Source: Wallemia ichthyophaga EXF-994 (taxonomy: Eukaryota; Fungi; Basidiomycota). Taken from it: a DNA stretch of 32,000 nucleotides. Under the pieces are notes generated by a model that saw only the letters and a program-made list of their open reading frames with translations, was not told the DNA's origin and did not search any database. A program made the position numbers and the translations under genes. The DNA is taken from positions 300,001 to 332,000 of the forward strand of contig NW_008806280.1 of assembly GCF_000400465.1 (NCBI RefSeq), written 5' to 3'. Positions 11,319 through 21,459 of the stretch are shown one piece after another. Each line of letters opens with the position of its first letter. Position 1 is the first letter of the stretch.

Positions 11319-12148
11319 ATGCCAGCAACACTCGACTTATCAGGAACCGTAATCGTCTCAGGTGGGTAGTATTATGGTTGCTGTCTACACCCACTCACGC
11401 TGCTACAGGCGGAAACAGAGGTATTGGATATGAGCTCAGCCGCGGGGCAGCAGAAGCAGGCGCCAACGTAGCCATTCTTTACAGGTCAGCTAAGGATGCC
11501 GACCAAGTAGCAGCCAAGATTGGTGCCGAGTTCAATGTCCCCGTCAAGGCGTTCCAATGTGACGTCACAGAGCAAGAGAGCGTCAAGAGCACCGTGAGCA
11601 AGATAGACAAAGAGTTCGGTCCAGTAACTGGGCTTATTGCGAATGCTGGAGTGGCAGAGTTGAGACCAGCACTCGAACTCACCCGCGCAGACTTTGACAA
11701 GATCTACAATGTGAATGTGTACGGTGTTTTTAACACATGCCAAGCAGTAGCGCAGCTTTGGATCGACAGGAAATTCACCAAGGGCGCCATTGTTATTATT
11801 TCATCCATGTCGGGTGAAATATACAACACTTCAGCACCTAACAAGGCACTTACCCAGGTGTTTTATAACTCAAGCAAGGCAGCTGTGACACACTTGGGCA
11901 AGTGTCTCGCAGGCGAGTGGGCACCTCATGGAATTCGTGTTAACGTCGTCGCCCCCGGTTACGTCAACACGGATCAAACTAAAGATCATCCAGAGGAAAT
12001 TAAGAGCTACCAGGCTAACAACACTCCGTTGGGCAGATTCTGTCACCCAGCTGAACAAGCACCTAGTGCTGTCTTCCTCCTTTCTGAGAAAGCGTCGTTT
12101 ATCACGGGAGCAACGCTGCTCAACGATGGTGGCTATACAGTGTGGTAG
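11319..12148 (+). CDS. NADP-dependent mannitol dehydrogenase-like short-chain dehydrogenase/reductase, 260 aa
   Basis: Exons 11319-11361 and 11409-12148 (47-nt intron). SGGNRGIG cofactor motif, IYRS (NADP preference), IANAGV, TQVFYNSSKAA catalytic YxxxK, PGYVNTDQT. Closely matches my recollection of Agaricus MtDH. Confidence 0.9.
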
Positions 12149-12224
12149 ATTAGAGAATAAAAAGAAATGTATAAAATGTACACAATTGATTATTTGCTTA
12201 CTTTGATGACGTCGTTTGCCTTGT

Positions 12225-12606
12225 TTACTTACCATACTTCTGCAACGCCCACTCACGATTATCGAGTGGACAGACGTGCCTCGTTTTAAGCCAACGAGAT
12301 ATGCAATGAAAGTGGAAAGCGTGGTTGCAGATTCCCCAGGCAACGACACACTCATTTGTCGTTGCAGAAGCTTGATTGGCTTGGCATTCAATACAAAGAT
12401 CCATTATCTGGTTTCTACAGATAGCACAGTTGTCTACTGCGATATCCCAGTTCCACAGGGCAACGGCATTCCACTTGGTGTTGTTAGTTGGCAAGAAGTC
12501 TGGCTGGGTATCAGCGACAAACCTTTTTTACTTGAAAACGTGGCTTCTTTGGTGGGGCCTTGTCGATATCCATCGATTGATGTGTTTGGTGAGTATCCTC
12601 GGTCAT
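12225..12606 (-). CDS. RBX1: RING-box protein 1 (RBX1/ROC1/HRT1), cullin-RING E3 ligase subunit, 110 aa
   Basis: Exons 12606-12523 and 12473-12225 (49-nt intron). RFQVKK|[33 protein letters not shown]...[30 protein letters not shown]. Confidence 0.97.
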
Positions 12607-12648
12607 GATGGGCGTGATGACGGTCCAGGTTCAACCAAAACGATCATC

Positions 12649-13339
12649 ATGATGAAATTGATATCACTGGGATTAATTTATACGCTGATTTGTCTATTTA
12701 CTCCGATAAACTCATCCGCACTCACAACAACTATCGACGCTGCTCAACGTAGCTGCTTCTACGCTAATGTTGATAAGAGAGTGGGTTTTTATTATTCAAG
12801 CAGGTTGATATACTCAAATCTATTCACAGGGTGAAAAGATTGGCTTTTACTTTGCAGTTCAATCTGGCGGTGATTTCAATTTGGACTGGGAAGTACTCGA
12901 TCCAGAGGGACTAGGTGTCATCCACGGCGAGAAGGATAGACAGGGTGATTTCATTTTCACAGGTAATAAGATTGGAGAGTATAAGTTTTGTTTCTACAAT
13001 AGACTTAGCTCGATCGAAGAGAAGCTCGTTGACTTTGATATCCTGGTTGAATCTGAACCCAGACATCAACTTCCAAAGCACAGCAACGAGCTAAAGGAAC
13101 ACACTCATAGCTTAGAAGATAGCATTTATAAGATCCAAGGTCAAATATCCACTCTCCAACGTAATCAGAGGTACTTTAGGACAAGGGAGAATAGGAATAA
13201 CGCCACAGTCAGTTCAACCAGGCGTAGACTCAAAACATACGCTTTCTTGGAAGCACTGGCTGTTATTTTCATGTCTGCTGCTCAAGTCTGGATAGTTAAA
13301 AACTTCTTTGCGACGAGTTCTGCGAGGTATAAAGTGTGA
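12649..13339 (+). CDS. p24 family (emp24/gp25L, ERP-like) ER-Golgi cargo receptor, 213 aa
   Basis: Exons 12649-12780 and 12830-13339 (49-nt intron). Signal peptide, GOLD domain (SCFY...GEKIGFYFAVQSGG...GEYKFCF), coiled coil (RNQRYFRTRENRN), C-terminal TM and tail FFATSSARYKV. Confidence 0.92.
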
Positions 13340-13348
13340 TATTGTAAA

Positions 13349-13660
13349 CTATATTAACAATGTAATAGCCATAATTATTGCTGATAATGCTACGTATGGT
13401 GATAATCTTTCTCCTGTTGAACGGCTCATTAGACATATTAGATAAAAACATGGGGACACTGACCAATTCTTGCAAACTTATAAAACATTCCAAGTAATCC
13501 ATGCTTGTTCCTATCGATTAAACCTGGAAATGTTGCTCTAATATAAGCACAAGTGCAGATCAGCAGTATAATCACAAGCAGCAGCGACTGGAAGTTGAAT
13601 AGGGCTGACTATAAGCGATTATAAGCAATTCCATCAAACATCTCACACTACACTCACCAT
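13349..13660 (-). CDS. KSH1: Protein Kish (KSH1/TMEM167), 70 aa; not recovered by the ORF track
   Basis: Exons 13660-13658 (ATG only), 13608-13464, 13413-13349; introns of 49 and 50 nt. Product [70 protein letters not shown] carries the Kish signatures MSALFNF, ICTCAY and [11 protein letters not shown]. Confidence 0.93.
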
Positions 13661-13703
13661 TTAAATTTTAACTTTGATTTTATTCAACTTGTGCCACAGT
13701 TGA

Positions 13704-13715
13704 ATGCTCCAGTGA
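13704..13715 (+). promoter_or_regulatory. 3-codon uORF (ATG CTC CAG TGA) directly abutting the upstream ValRS ATG
   Basis: Read directly from the sequence: in frame with, and ending immediately before, ATG 13716. A regulatory role is inferred only. Confidence 0.4.
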
Positions 13716-16700
13716 ATGCTCAAGACGGGCTTGAATAACTTACTCAAAATGTCCACTGAGCAGCCAAAAGAAGCTACAAAATCTGCAAGTTAGTTGGGTA
13801 CTTTCATTTGGTAGATATTTCTTACAGAAATTACAGTCAAGAAGGCTCAAAAGGCTGCTGAATATGAAGCTAAGAAGGCTGCCAAACAACAGCAGCAAGC
13901 ACAAGCTCCAGCTCAAACACAATCTAAAAAGGAACGTTCAAAACCAGTCAAAGAAGCTGCTGCCGAAGAGGAATACATCAATAAAACTCCTCCTGGTGAG
14001 AAGAAGGACACTTCAAAACCTATGGCTAGCGGTTACAACCCTGTTGCGATTGAATCAGCTTGGTATGACTGGTGGGAGAAGAAAGGCTTCTTCAAGCCCT
14101 CCCTTGACTCTCAAGGAAATCCAAAGGGTGAAGTCTTCGTCGTTCCTGCTCCTCCACCAAACGTAACAGGCAGCCTGCACATCGGCCACGCACTCACAAT
14201 CTCCATTCAAGATGCCCTCGTCAGGTGGAACAGAATGCACGGCAAGACTGTCCTCTGGAATCCTGGCTACGACCACGCAGGTATTTCCACCCAATCCGTC
14301 GTTGAGAAACGTCTTTGGAAGCAGTCTGGTCAGACACGCCACGATCTAGGCAGAGAGAAGTTCCTCGGAAAAGTCTGGGACTGGAAGGAGGAATACCAGG
14401 TGCGCATCTCCAATCAGCTCAGAAGACTTGGTGCTTCTTATGATTGGGAGAGAGTTAGGTTTACAATGGACGATACTCTCTCCGCTGCTGTCATTGAAGC
14501 TTTCTGCCAGTTGCGCGAGAGAGGCACTATCTATCGCTCTAACAGACTCGTCAACTGGTGCGTAAGGATGAATACTGCCCTCTCCAACCTCGAATTAGAT
14601 ACAAAGGAGATTTCTGGCAGGACACTTATGAATGTTCCAGGATATGACGATAAGGAGAGATTTGAGTTTGGTGTACTCACCTCATTTGCTTATCAGGTTA
14701 AAGATTCTGATGAAAGAATCGTCGTGGCTACTACTCGTCCTGAAACTATGCTAGGTGATTCTGCAGTCGCTGTACACTCATCTGACGCACGCTGTAAACA
14801 CTTACACGGAAAAACACTGATTCATCCATTCGTCGACAGAGAAATTCCAATCATTACCGACGATATTTGTGTCGATCCAGAGTTCGGTACCGGTGCTGTT
14901 AAAATCACACCTGCACACGATTTCAACGATTATGAAGTGGGTAAGCGCCACAATCTGCCTTTCATAAACCTCCTCAATGATGATGGTACGTTTAACACTA
15001 ATGCCGGTGGTGACTTTAAGGGTATGAAGAGATTCCACGCTCGTAGAATCATAATAGATAAGCTCAAGGAGTTGGGCTTATATGTCGACACCAAAGATAA
15101 CGCAATGGTTATACCCATTTGCGCAAAGTCTGGAGATGTCATTGAACCGATTATGAAACCACAGTGGTATGTCAACTGCCAAGACATGTCTAGAGAAGCC
15201 ATCGAGAGGACAAAAGCTGGTGAGATGCACATACAACCAAAACACTCTGAAGCAGATTGGTACAGATGGTTGGAAAATCAACAAGACTGGTGTATCTCTA
15301 GACAACTGTGGTGGGGTCACAGATGTCCCGCTTACTTTGTCAACATTCACGGTGAGACGCAAGAATCGTCCGACGATAAGAATTGGGTGGTTGGTCGTTC
15401 ACTCGAACAAGCAAATGAGCGTGCTGAGAAAGTGGCTGGTGGTAAAGCATACACCCTTGAACAAGACGAAGACGTTCTCGACACGTGGTTCAGCTCCGGT
15501 TTATGGCCATTCTCTATCATGGGTTGGCCAAACAAAACGCAAGACCTCGTAAACTTCTACCCTAACTCACTCCTCGAGACTGGTTGGGATATCCTCTTCT
15601 TCTGGGTAGCGAGGATGGTCTTCTTTGGTATCTCACTAACTGGGCAGATGCCATTCAAGGAAGTTTTTACTCACGCCATGATCAGAGATGCGTACGGACG
15701 TAAGATGTCCAAGTCTCTTGGTAATGTGATTGACCCTGTTGATGTAATTGAAGGATGTCAATTGGAGACACTCCACCAGCAGCTCTACGAGAGCAACCTG
15801 GACGCGAAAGAAATTAAGAAGGCGCTGGATGGGCAGAAGAAGGATTATCCAAAGGGTATGCCACAATGCGGTACTGATGCGCTCAGATTCACGCTTTGTG
15901 CGTACACGGCATCTAACCGTGACATTAACCTGGAGATCAGCAAGGTAGAGGGAATGAGAAAGTTCTGCAACAAGTTGTTCAACGCTACTAAATTCGCCAT
16001 GTTGAAATTCCCACAAGGCTTCGTACCCGAGGAGAGTGCTCAACCAACAGGGAACGAGAGCTTGGTGGAGCGTTGGATACTGTCTAAGATGAACACATGC
16101 GCGGCTCAAATCAACAGCGATCTTGCCAACCGCAATTTCATGAGCGCTACTCAAGCTATTTACAACTACTGGCTGTATGAACTCTGTGATGTATTCATCG
16201 AGGCTGTCAAACCGCTTACTGGGGAAGATGTGGATGAGGTGACTAGGAGGAGTGCTCAGAACACCCTCTATTCCGCACTCGATGGAGGACTTAGAATGAT
16301 GCACGTCTTCATGCCTTATGTTACGGAGGAGCTGTGGCAATATCTCCCTCGCAGACCAAACGAGACTGCTGAGTCTATATCTTTGACGCAGTATCCAGTT
16401 GCCGTGAGTGGGGTATTTCATGGTATGCATCTGTACAATTGCTGACTGGATATCTCTTGCAGAACCCCGCATTCGAATTTGTCCAGGAAGCTAAGGACTT
16501 TGAGACATCATTCGGCGCGATCAAAGCAACCAGATCACTCGCAACGGCGTACAACGTACAGGGCAACAATATACAAGCATACATCGAGACGACCGCAGAG
16601 AAGGCGGCCATGTTCGAATCACAGCTGCCTATACTCAAGACGCTGATCAAGGGATGTAAAGTGCTGGAGGTGGTCACACACTCTAAAGACATACCTCTCG

Positions 16701-16972
16701 GTTGCGCCGTGCAGTCGATCAACGTCGACGCTAATCTTCACGTGCTCGTCAGGGGTCTGGTCGATATTGATGCGGAGATATCCAAATTGCAGAAGAAGGA
16801 GCACGTAGCTAGATTGACGCTCGAGAAAACAGTCAAGGCTACGCAAATTGACGGCTATCACACCAAGGTCGCCCCAGCTGTCCAGCAGACTAATCAGGAT
16901 AAGATTAACAACTACAATAAGGAAGTCGACGCCCTCGCTGCTGCCATGAAGACTTTCGCGTCATTGAAGTAG
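13716..16972 (+). CDS. VAS1: Valyl-tRNA synthetase; two in-frame starts (13716 extended form, 13749 shorter form of 1038 aa)
   Basis: Exons 13716/13749-13788, 13837-16403, 16463-16972. Class I motifs PPPNVTGSLHIGHA and KMSKSLGN, editing domain ATTRPETM and GTGAVKITPAHD, WCISRQLWWGH, LDTWFSSG, C-terminal coiled coil. Confidence 0.97.
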
Positions 16973-17002
16973 CCTCTTTGTATTAAATTACTGGCGCATA
17001 AA

Positions 17003-17025
17003 TTTTCATTTTCATTTTCATTTTC
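17003..17025. repeat. (TTTTCA)3.8 hexanucleotide microsatellite downstream of ValRS
   Basis: TTTTCA TTTTCA TTTTCA TTTTC, read directly. Confidence 0.85.
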
Positions 17026-17179
17026 GCGTGTGGGGGTGTGTAGCGGGAAGAGGTGATGGTTAGTTGAGGAAATGTGCGGTGATAGGAGAGCTATTGCAGC
17101 GTGAACAGCCTGCCGCCTGAGGAAAGAGGTGCTCAAACTCCGGACTTGATCCACCACGTTCATCACGACTAACCCAACC

Positions 17180-17606
17180 ATGTGAGTGGATATAGCGAAG
17201 CACTGACCGGAAACACAATGGCTTACATAGCTACAGGGTCTCTCCAGTCGCACCATATGTTCACGTAGGCAACGCACCACGCCCACAGCCACCCGTACAC
17301 AGGCTAACTGCTAATCACAACAGATGGCCAAAGCCTGGGCACCTTCTTTAGCCACTTGGGGCGTCGGTGTCGGCGCATTCGGCTCCTTCTTTTTATCACC
17401 AGTGCCAAAGGTGGGTTGAGCTGGAGTGTGCAGAGTGTGCGCAGTTTACTCACTGTACCCCAACAGTTCAAGCAAGACGTACTCCAAAAAGTACCTTTCG
17501 TTAGTAGCCACTCGAGCTTATTTACCTTGGCTGACTGCTACTCTTACTCGTTCAGATCGCTGGCTTCTACAACCAGGAAATCCCAGAAACTGACTTGGCT
17601 TTCTAA
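17180..17606 (+). CDS. QCR10: Cytochrome b-c1 complex subunit 10 (QCR10), 66 aa, five exons; not recovered by the ORF track
   Basis: Exons 17180-17181 (AT), 17237-17264, 17324-17410, 17467-17499, 17556-17606; introns 55-59 nt. Product MVSPVAPYVHMAKAWAPSLATWGVGVGAFGSFFLSPVPKFKQDVLQKVPFIAGFYNQEIPETDLAF has the WAPSL..WG TM pattern, KVP and a C-terminal P..D.xF typical of fungal Qcr10. Confidence 0.85.
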
Positions 17607-17914
17607 TTTATGTCTCCTTATACACTTGAAACTGTTTCATTTGTCTAGTTTGCCTGCTTTGTCTTATTTGAACTAAAGTCCTAACACGGGGATCTGTATA
17701 AACGCTTGCGATTCAATGGAATATACTAGCTAATACGGTATGCAACTACGTTTTTACAGGCACGCGTAAATCGTTGGTCTAGCTTTATTCTACCTCTAAT
17801 TAACACTGTATATTCACACAAACATCACATGCTCAGCAGCTGATCAGCAGCTCGTAGCGCCGGCAAGACCGACAGCGTCAAAATACTTATTCCTTAAGAG
17901 CCACCAAGTGAAAT

Positions 17915-18297
17915 ATGACAGGCGGTATCAGCAAAGTAAGCATGACTATCAACAACTTTGTTCAAGGCCCAACTGATTCCTCTAGGTAGACCAACAATGG
18001 GGCAAGACCGACAACAGATTGCCAGACCACTCCCACAGACAGCCAGGCGTTGCCTACGAAACAGGCCAAGCGCACTCACACAAGACTGGTGACTCCCACG
18101 ATCAGCAATCAATCGCAAACAAGCTCGCCGGTACTTCTCACTTAGAACAGGCAGAGCGCAAGGCTGAGAAGGAAGGCGGTAAGCCACCAACTGCTCCAGC
18201 CGTTTTCCACGGCAACGAACCCTCAAAGGGTGCCAAGGTCGATGAGGATCTCGGCAAGGAAGACGAGAAGGTCTTGCACAAGAAAGGCTTAGCTTAA
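17915..18297 (+). CDS. Small hydrophilic protein (110 aa), hydrophilin/stress-protein-like, function unknown
   Basis: Exons 17915-17935 and 17986-18297 (50-nt intron GTAAGC...CTGAT...CTAG). Rich in G/H/E/K/D. The C-terminal HGNEPSKGAKVDEDL resembles a motif I recall from small uncharacterised fungal proteins. Confidence 0.75.
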
Positions 18298-19068
18298 ATG
18301 AATTTACGATGTTTAACGTCTCACGATGTTATTAATATAAATGTTTACTCAGTTCTCCTTGTTTCATTCTTGCCATCGTCACCTAACTGCTTAACAACTA
18401 CGCGTTCTTGCTTTATGTTGCAAACAATGAATAGAACAACGCACTTGAATATTGATAGCAACTCTGTTGACCATCAGGAGTTAACAAAGTCACTACTGAT
18501 CAAGTGTATTTCCCCTGCTGTGGTTCAATTAGTAATGTTTCATTGGAGTTTTGCCGCTTGTTATCTTATTCAAAGCCTTATAACATTATCCCAGCCTCGT
18601 GGATGAATAAAAAGGTATCAGTAGCCGACTTTCCCTCCATTTACTTGTGCAACCTCTTGAAAATGTCTCAAGCTACTATCAACCGGAAGTTTCCGAGTAG
18701 CGCTCCCAGAATCTTAAAAACCAGAAGTTAGAGGGGCTACGGACACATTTGAAGAAATAGATACCTTTCTTTTACTGGAGATTTCCGTATGGCCTTTGTA
18801 TCTCTATTTGTAACTTTTACCTTGTCTTGTTCTCTTCTTATACGTCAGATGATGCAGTTGCGAGAAGGCGTGGTAAGATTGCTAGTTGAGTAGCTTTCAC
18901 GTCAAACTATGACTGTATTTTCAGAATCTTATCCAATTTTGTTCATCATTGTGTTTAAACAAATCAATTAGCCGTGCATGGCGTAACTTAATTCGTCTGG
19001 TTGTTTACTCAAGGGCTAACGTTGTGAAACGGGAATTGATTTTTTGTGTCACCCTGAGTGCTGTAGTC

Positions 19069-19075
19069 TATTTAA
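19069..19075 (+). promoter_or_regulatory. Possible TATA-like element (TATTTAA) upstream of the secreted-protein gene
   Basis: Lies about 35 nt before the first putative 5'UTR donor at 19112; position only. Confidence 0.25.
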
Positions 19076-19222
19076 GCGGTGCTAAAGTTTCCGCTTAGAC
19101 CATCAACAGATGTGAGTAGAAAACATTTGCGAAATTGAAAAATAGCAGCTCACTTTGCATAAGATGTAAGTGAACAGATTTCCAATCTTGCAAAATTACA
19201 TGCTAATCTCGCTCCTAGCACT

Positions 19223-19655
19223 ATGTTTACTGTGAAATTCATCCTCATCGCACTCGTCGGGCTTATTTCCAAAGTCGCGGCAATGACAATCGACACTCCC
19301 AGGAACGTCGTCCGCTGCGAGAATGTCACTCTCACTTTCGACGGCGGTGAACCTCCAGTATGTCTTTTGCGTGTCTCAGTTTCTACACACTCACACAAAC
19401 CAGTACTCTCTCGAAGTCACCAATGGTCTCAGAGCAGCCTTCCCAGTAGTTGTAGAAAAGATCAATGGCATTGAAAGCAGCCCATTCGAGTACAAGGTTA
19501 ATGGCTCCGAAGTGAGAATTGGCTTTATTCTCCATTCTGACGATGAGAAGACGGCATACTCAGGTGAATCAGGGTTTTGATGGTATTACGCTGACTTATT
19601 CAATTACACAGGCAACGTCATTATCGCAGAAAATGACGAGCTTACTTGTAAATAA
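19223..19655 (+). CDS. Small secreted protein, 112 aa, two Cys; resembles the N-terminal domain of basidiomycete Ser/Thr-rich secreted/GPI proteins
   Basis: Exons 19223-19357, 19404-19563, 19612-19655 (46- and 48-nt introns). Signal peptide MFTVKFILIALVGLISKVAA; TIDTPRNVVRCENVTLTFDGGEPP|YSLEV...TAYS|GNVIIAENDELTCK*. Confidence 0.8.
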
Positions 19656-21459
19656 GTATTTTCGTGTGCTCAGTGTAACTTGTTTCGAGTTATTAATACA
19701 TCGGAACTTTCAATTTAGTAGGATGTGTAGGCTGTGTGACTCTTCAAACTGGAATCCGTGATCAATTGTTTTTGGTTGCGAAGACATCATTCCTTCTACG
19801 GTATTATGCGTGTCTGTTCAATGTGCTATCTGCACCAATTCAGTAAGTAGAAAGACTCAGACGGCTTTGGGACAGGTCGAGACAGGTTAAAATGCGAAAA
19901 TGAAGCTGATAGCATCTATACATAAGCTTAGCTGTTTTAGCAGGATTATTCCCTATTTCTCACCGATTCACAAAAGTAAAACACGTCATCTCCAAATCGA
20001 ATGGCAGGCATACTCAATGACATGTTCGTTACTGCACCGCAATTGCTGAAGTTGATATATTTGCAACATTCTGTAATAATTGGTTATGCAATAAATGTGT
20101 AAGTGGGGGTTTTAGAACATATCGTAGTGATATGCTCTGTACTAGTCCAGCTAGATTTAGCATGTTTCAAGGAAGGTAGAATGGTGTTTGAAACTATGAA
20201 TACCTTTTGTGATGCTTTTTGCGATTCCAACCCAGCCTCAATCACCTCCACAACCTCATAATTCAACATCTTGAAATGCACCAGGTGAAGTCAAAGTCAC
20301 TATTTCAGAGTAGGACTGACCCCCGTTACTTTACATGATACTTTGTATGAGTTCCATTTAATAGACGTGTAATTATCCAAAATAGCATTAATTTCCTGGA
20401 GCCATTATTAAGTCTATTAGACGCTAAGTGTTCCAAAAAAAAAAAGTAAATCGCGTTTATAGAGATTAATTATAAAATATCTTTAGGTGCACGTGGCCCC
20501 CAAGAATCATAATTGTTTGTTTTCACCACTAGAGATTGTGAATTGCTCCGTAATGATCCTGTAGCGTGCCTCAGAGTGATTTCAGACTATTGCTTCCAAG
20601 CAGCTCGCAGGGCGAGATTTCGAACTCCAAGAATCTAAATCTGACAAATTCACATTCCCATCAACCAGAGCTACCAATCAATATATTCTATTTGGAGATC
20701 ATCAAAAGTCGTAAATCAACAATTTGAGATGAAGTGAGTGGTAGTCGAGAATTCCAACTCAATGGAAATTGAGCGTATTGCTGAAATTAACGTAGACTTG
20801 AAGTGCTCAGAAATCCATCAAAATAACGGTTATGCTAGATTATTCATTTGTCGTTTACATCTTGGCTGTCTTCGCGCTCATTTAGCCATTTGCAAGATGA
20901 GCAGAGCAGCTTTAAGTCGATTAACCGATTTATATTGATACTGGTATGTACAAGTACAGGAATGAGAACGTGAATGACCTGTGGGTATCTCGTAAATTCT
21001 TTCTAAGATCATCGGTGATAAGCAGCCGAGTTGTAGATTGGGCTATCAGCGGGAGTGAGAAGAAAATAGACAGGGTAGATGTTGTGGGTGTTCCTAGTAG
21101 ATATATCAATGAAATTCGATTGTTCCTTGTACCTGCTCTGTCTACTTTCGCAACGAGTACTCCGACCTGAGGAACAAAAAGATCAGCTGTTGTGAGTCTA
21201 TCACTTGAAGGCTTGACACGACAGCAGGGATCACATCTCCCAATCCAACAACAGCACGATGATCGGCTTTTAGTAGCGAAAATTCTTTAACACCACAACT
21301 TCAACTAAAATGCAAAAATATAAGGCCATTGATATATGACATATATATATAAAGGAAAATGTACAAAAGAGATTTATAAGATGAGAGGAAGTGGAGATAT
21401 AATATAGGTATAACATAGCAGTAAATAAAGAGCCGAAATATCCAGGAAGCCGAAATACA

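Noticed and set aside
11276-11408. N-terminus of the 290-aa SDR ORF (MTSAGLNTD...RWVVLWLL)
   Set aside because: Produced by reading through an intron. ATG 11319 plus intron 11362-11408 restores TVIVSGGNRGIG.
12133-12232. GTAAGT at the RBX1 3' end with a possible acceptor that would extend RBX1 antisense into the mannitol dehydrogenase CDS
   Set aside because: The intron would be 100 nt, twice the local norm, and the unspliced frame already gives a normal KYGK-stop ending.
17040-17125. Possible C/D-box snoRNA (GTGATGG...CTGA); similar motif on the minus strand near 29425-29450
   Set aside because: Imperfect C box, no terminal stem, wrong spacing in the second case, and no guide complementarity that I can verify.
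18684-18695. CGG-N6-CCG inverted repeat, Zn2Cys6-type site
   Set aside because: Single occurrence of a short motif; expected by chance in 32 kb.
18298-19060. Short ORFs (18298-18606, 18504-18731) and a minus-strand intron-like element near 18715-18765
   Set aside because: No consistent start-exon-stop model, and flanking frames are closed by stops. Treated as intergenic, although a small hidden gene cannot be excluded.
20830-21260. Minus-strand fragments with CxxC (LLCSSCKW) and a Cys cluster (SSCCCWIGRCDPCCR)
   Set aside because: No ATG, weak donors and no recognisable family; could not build a coherent gene.
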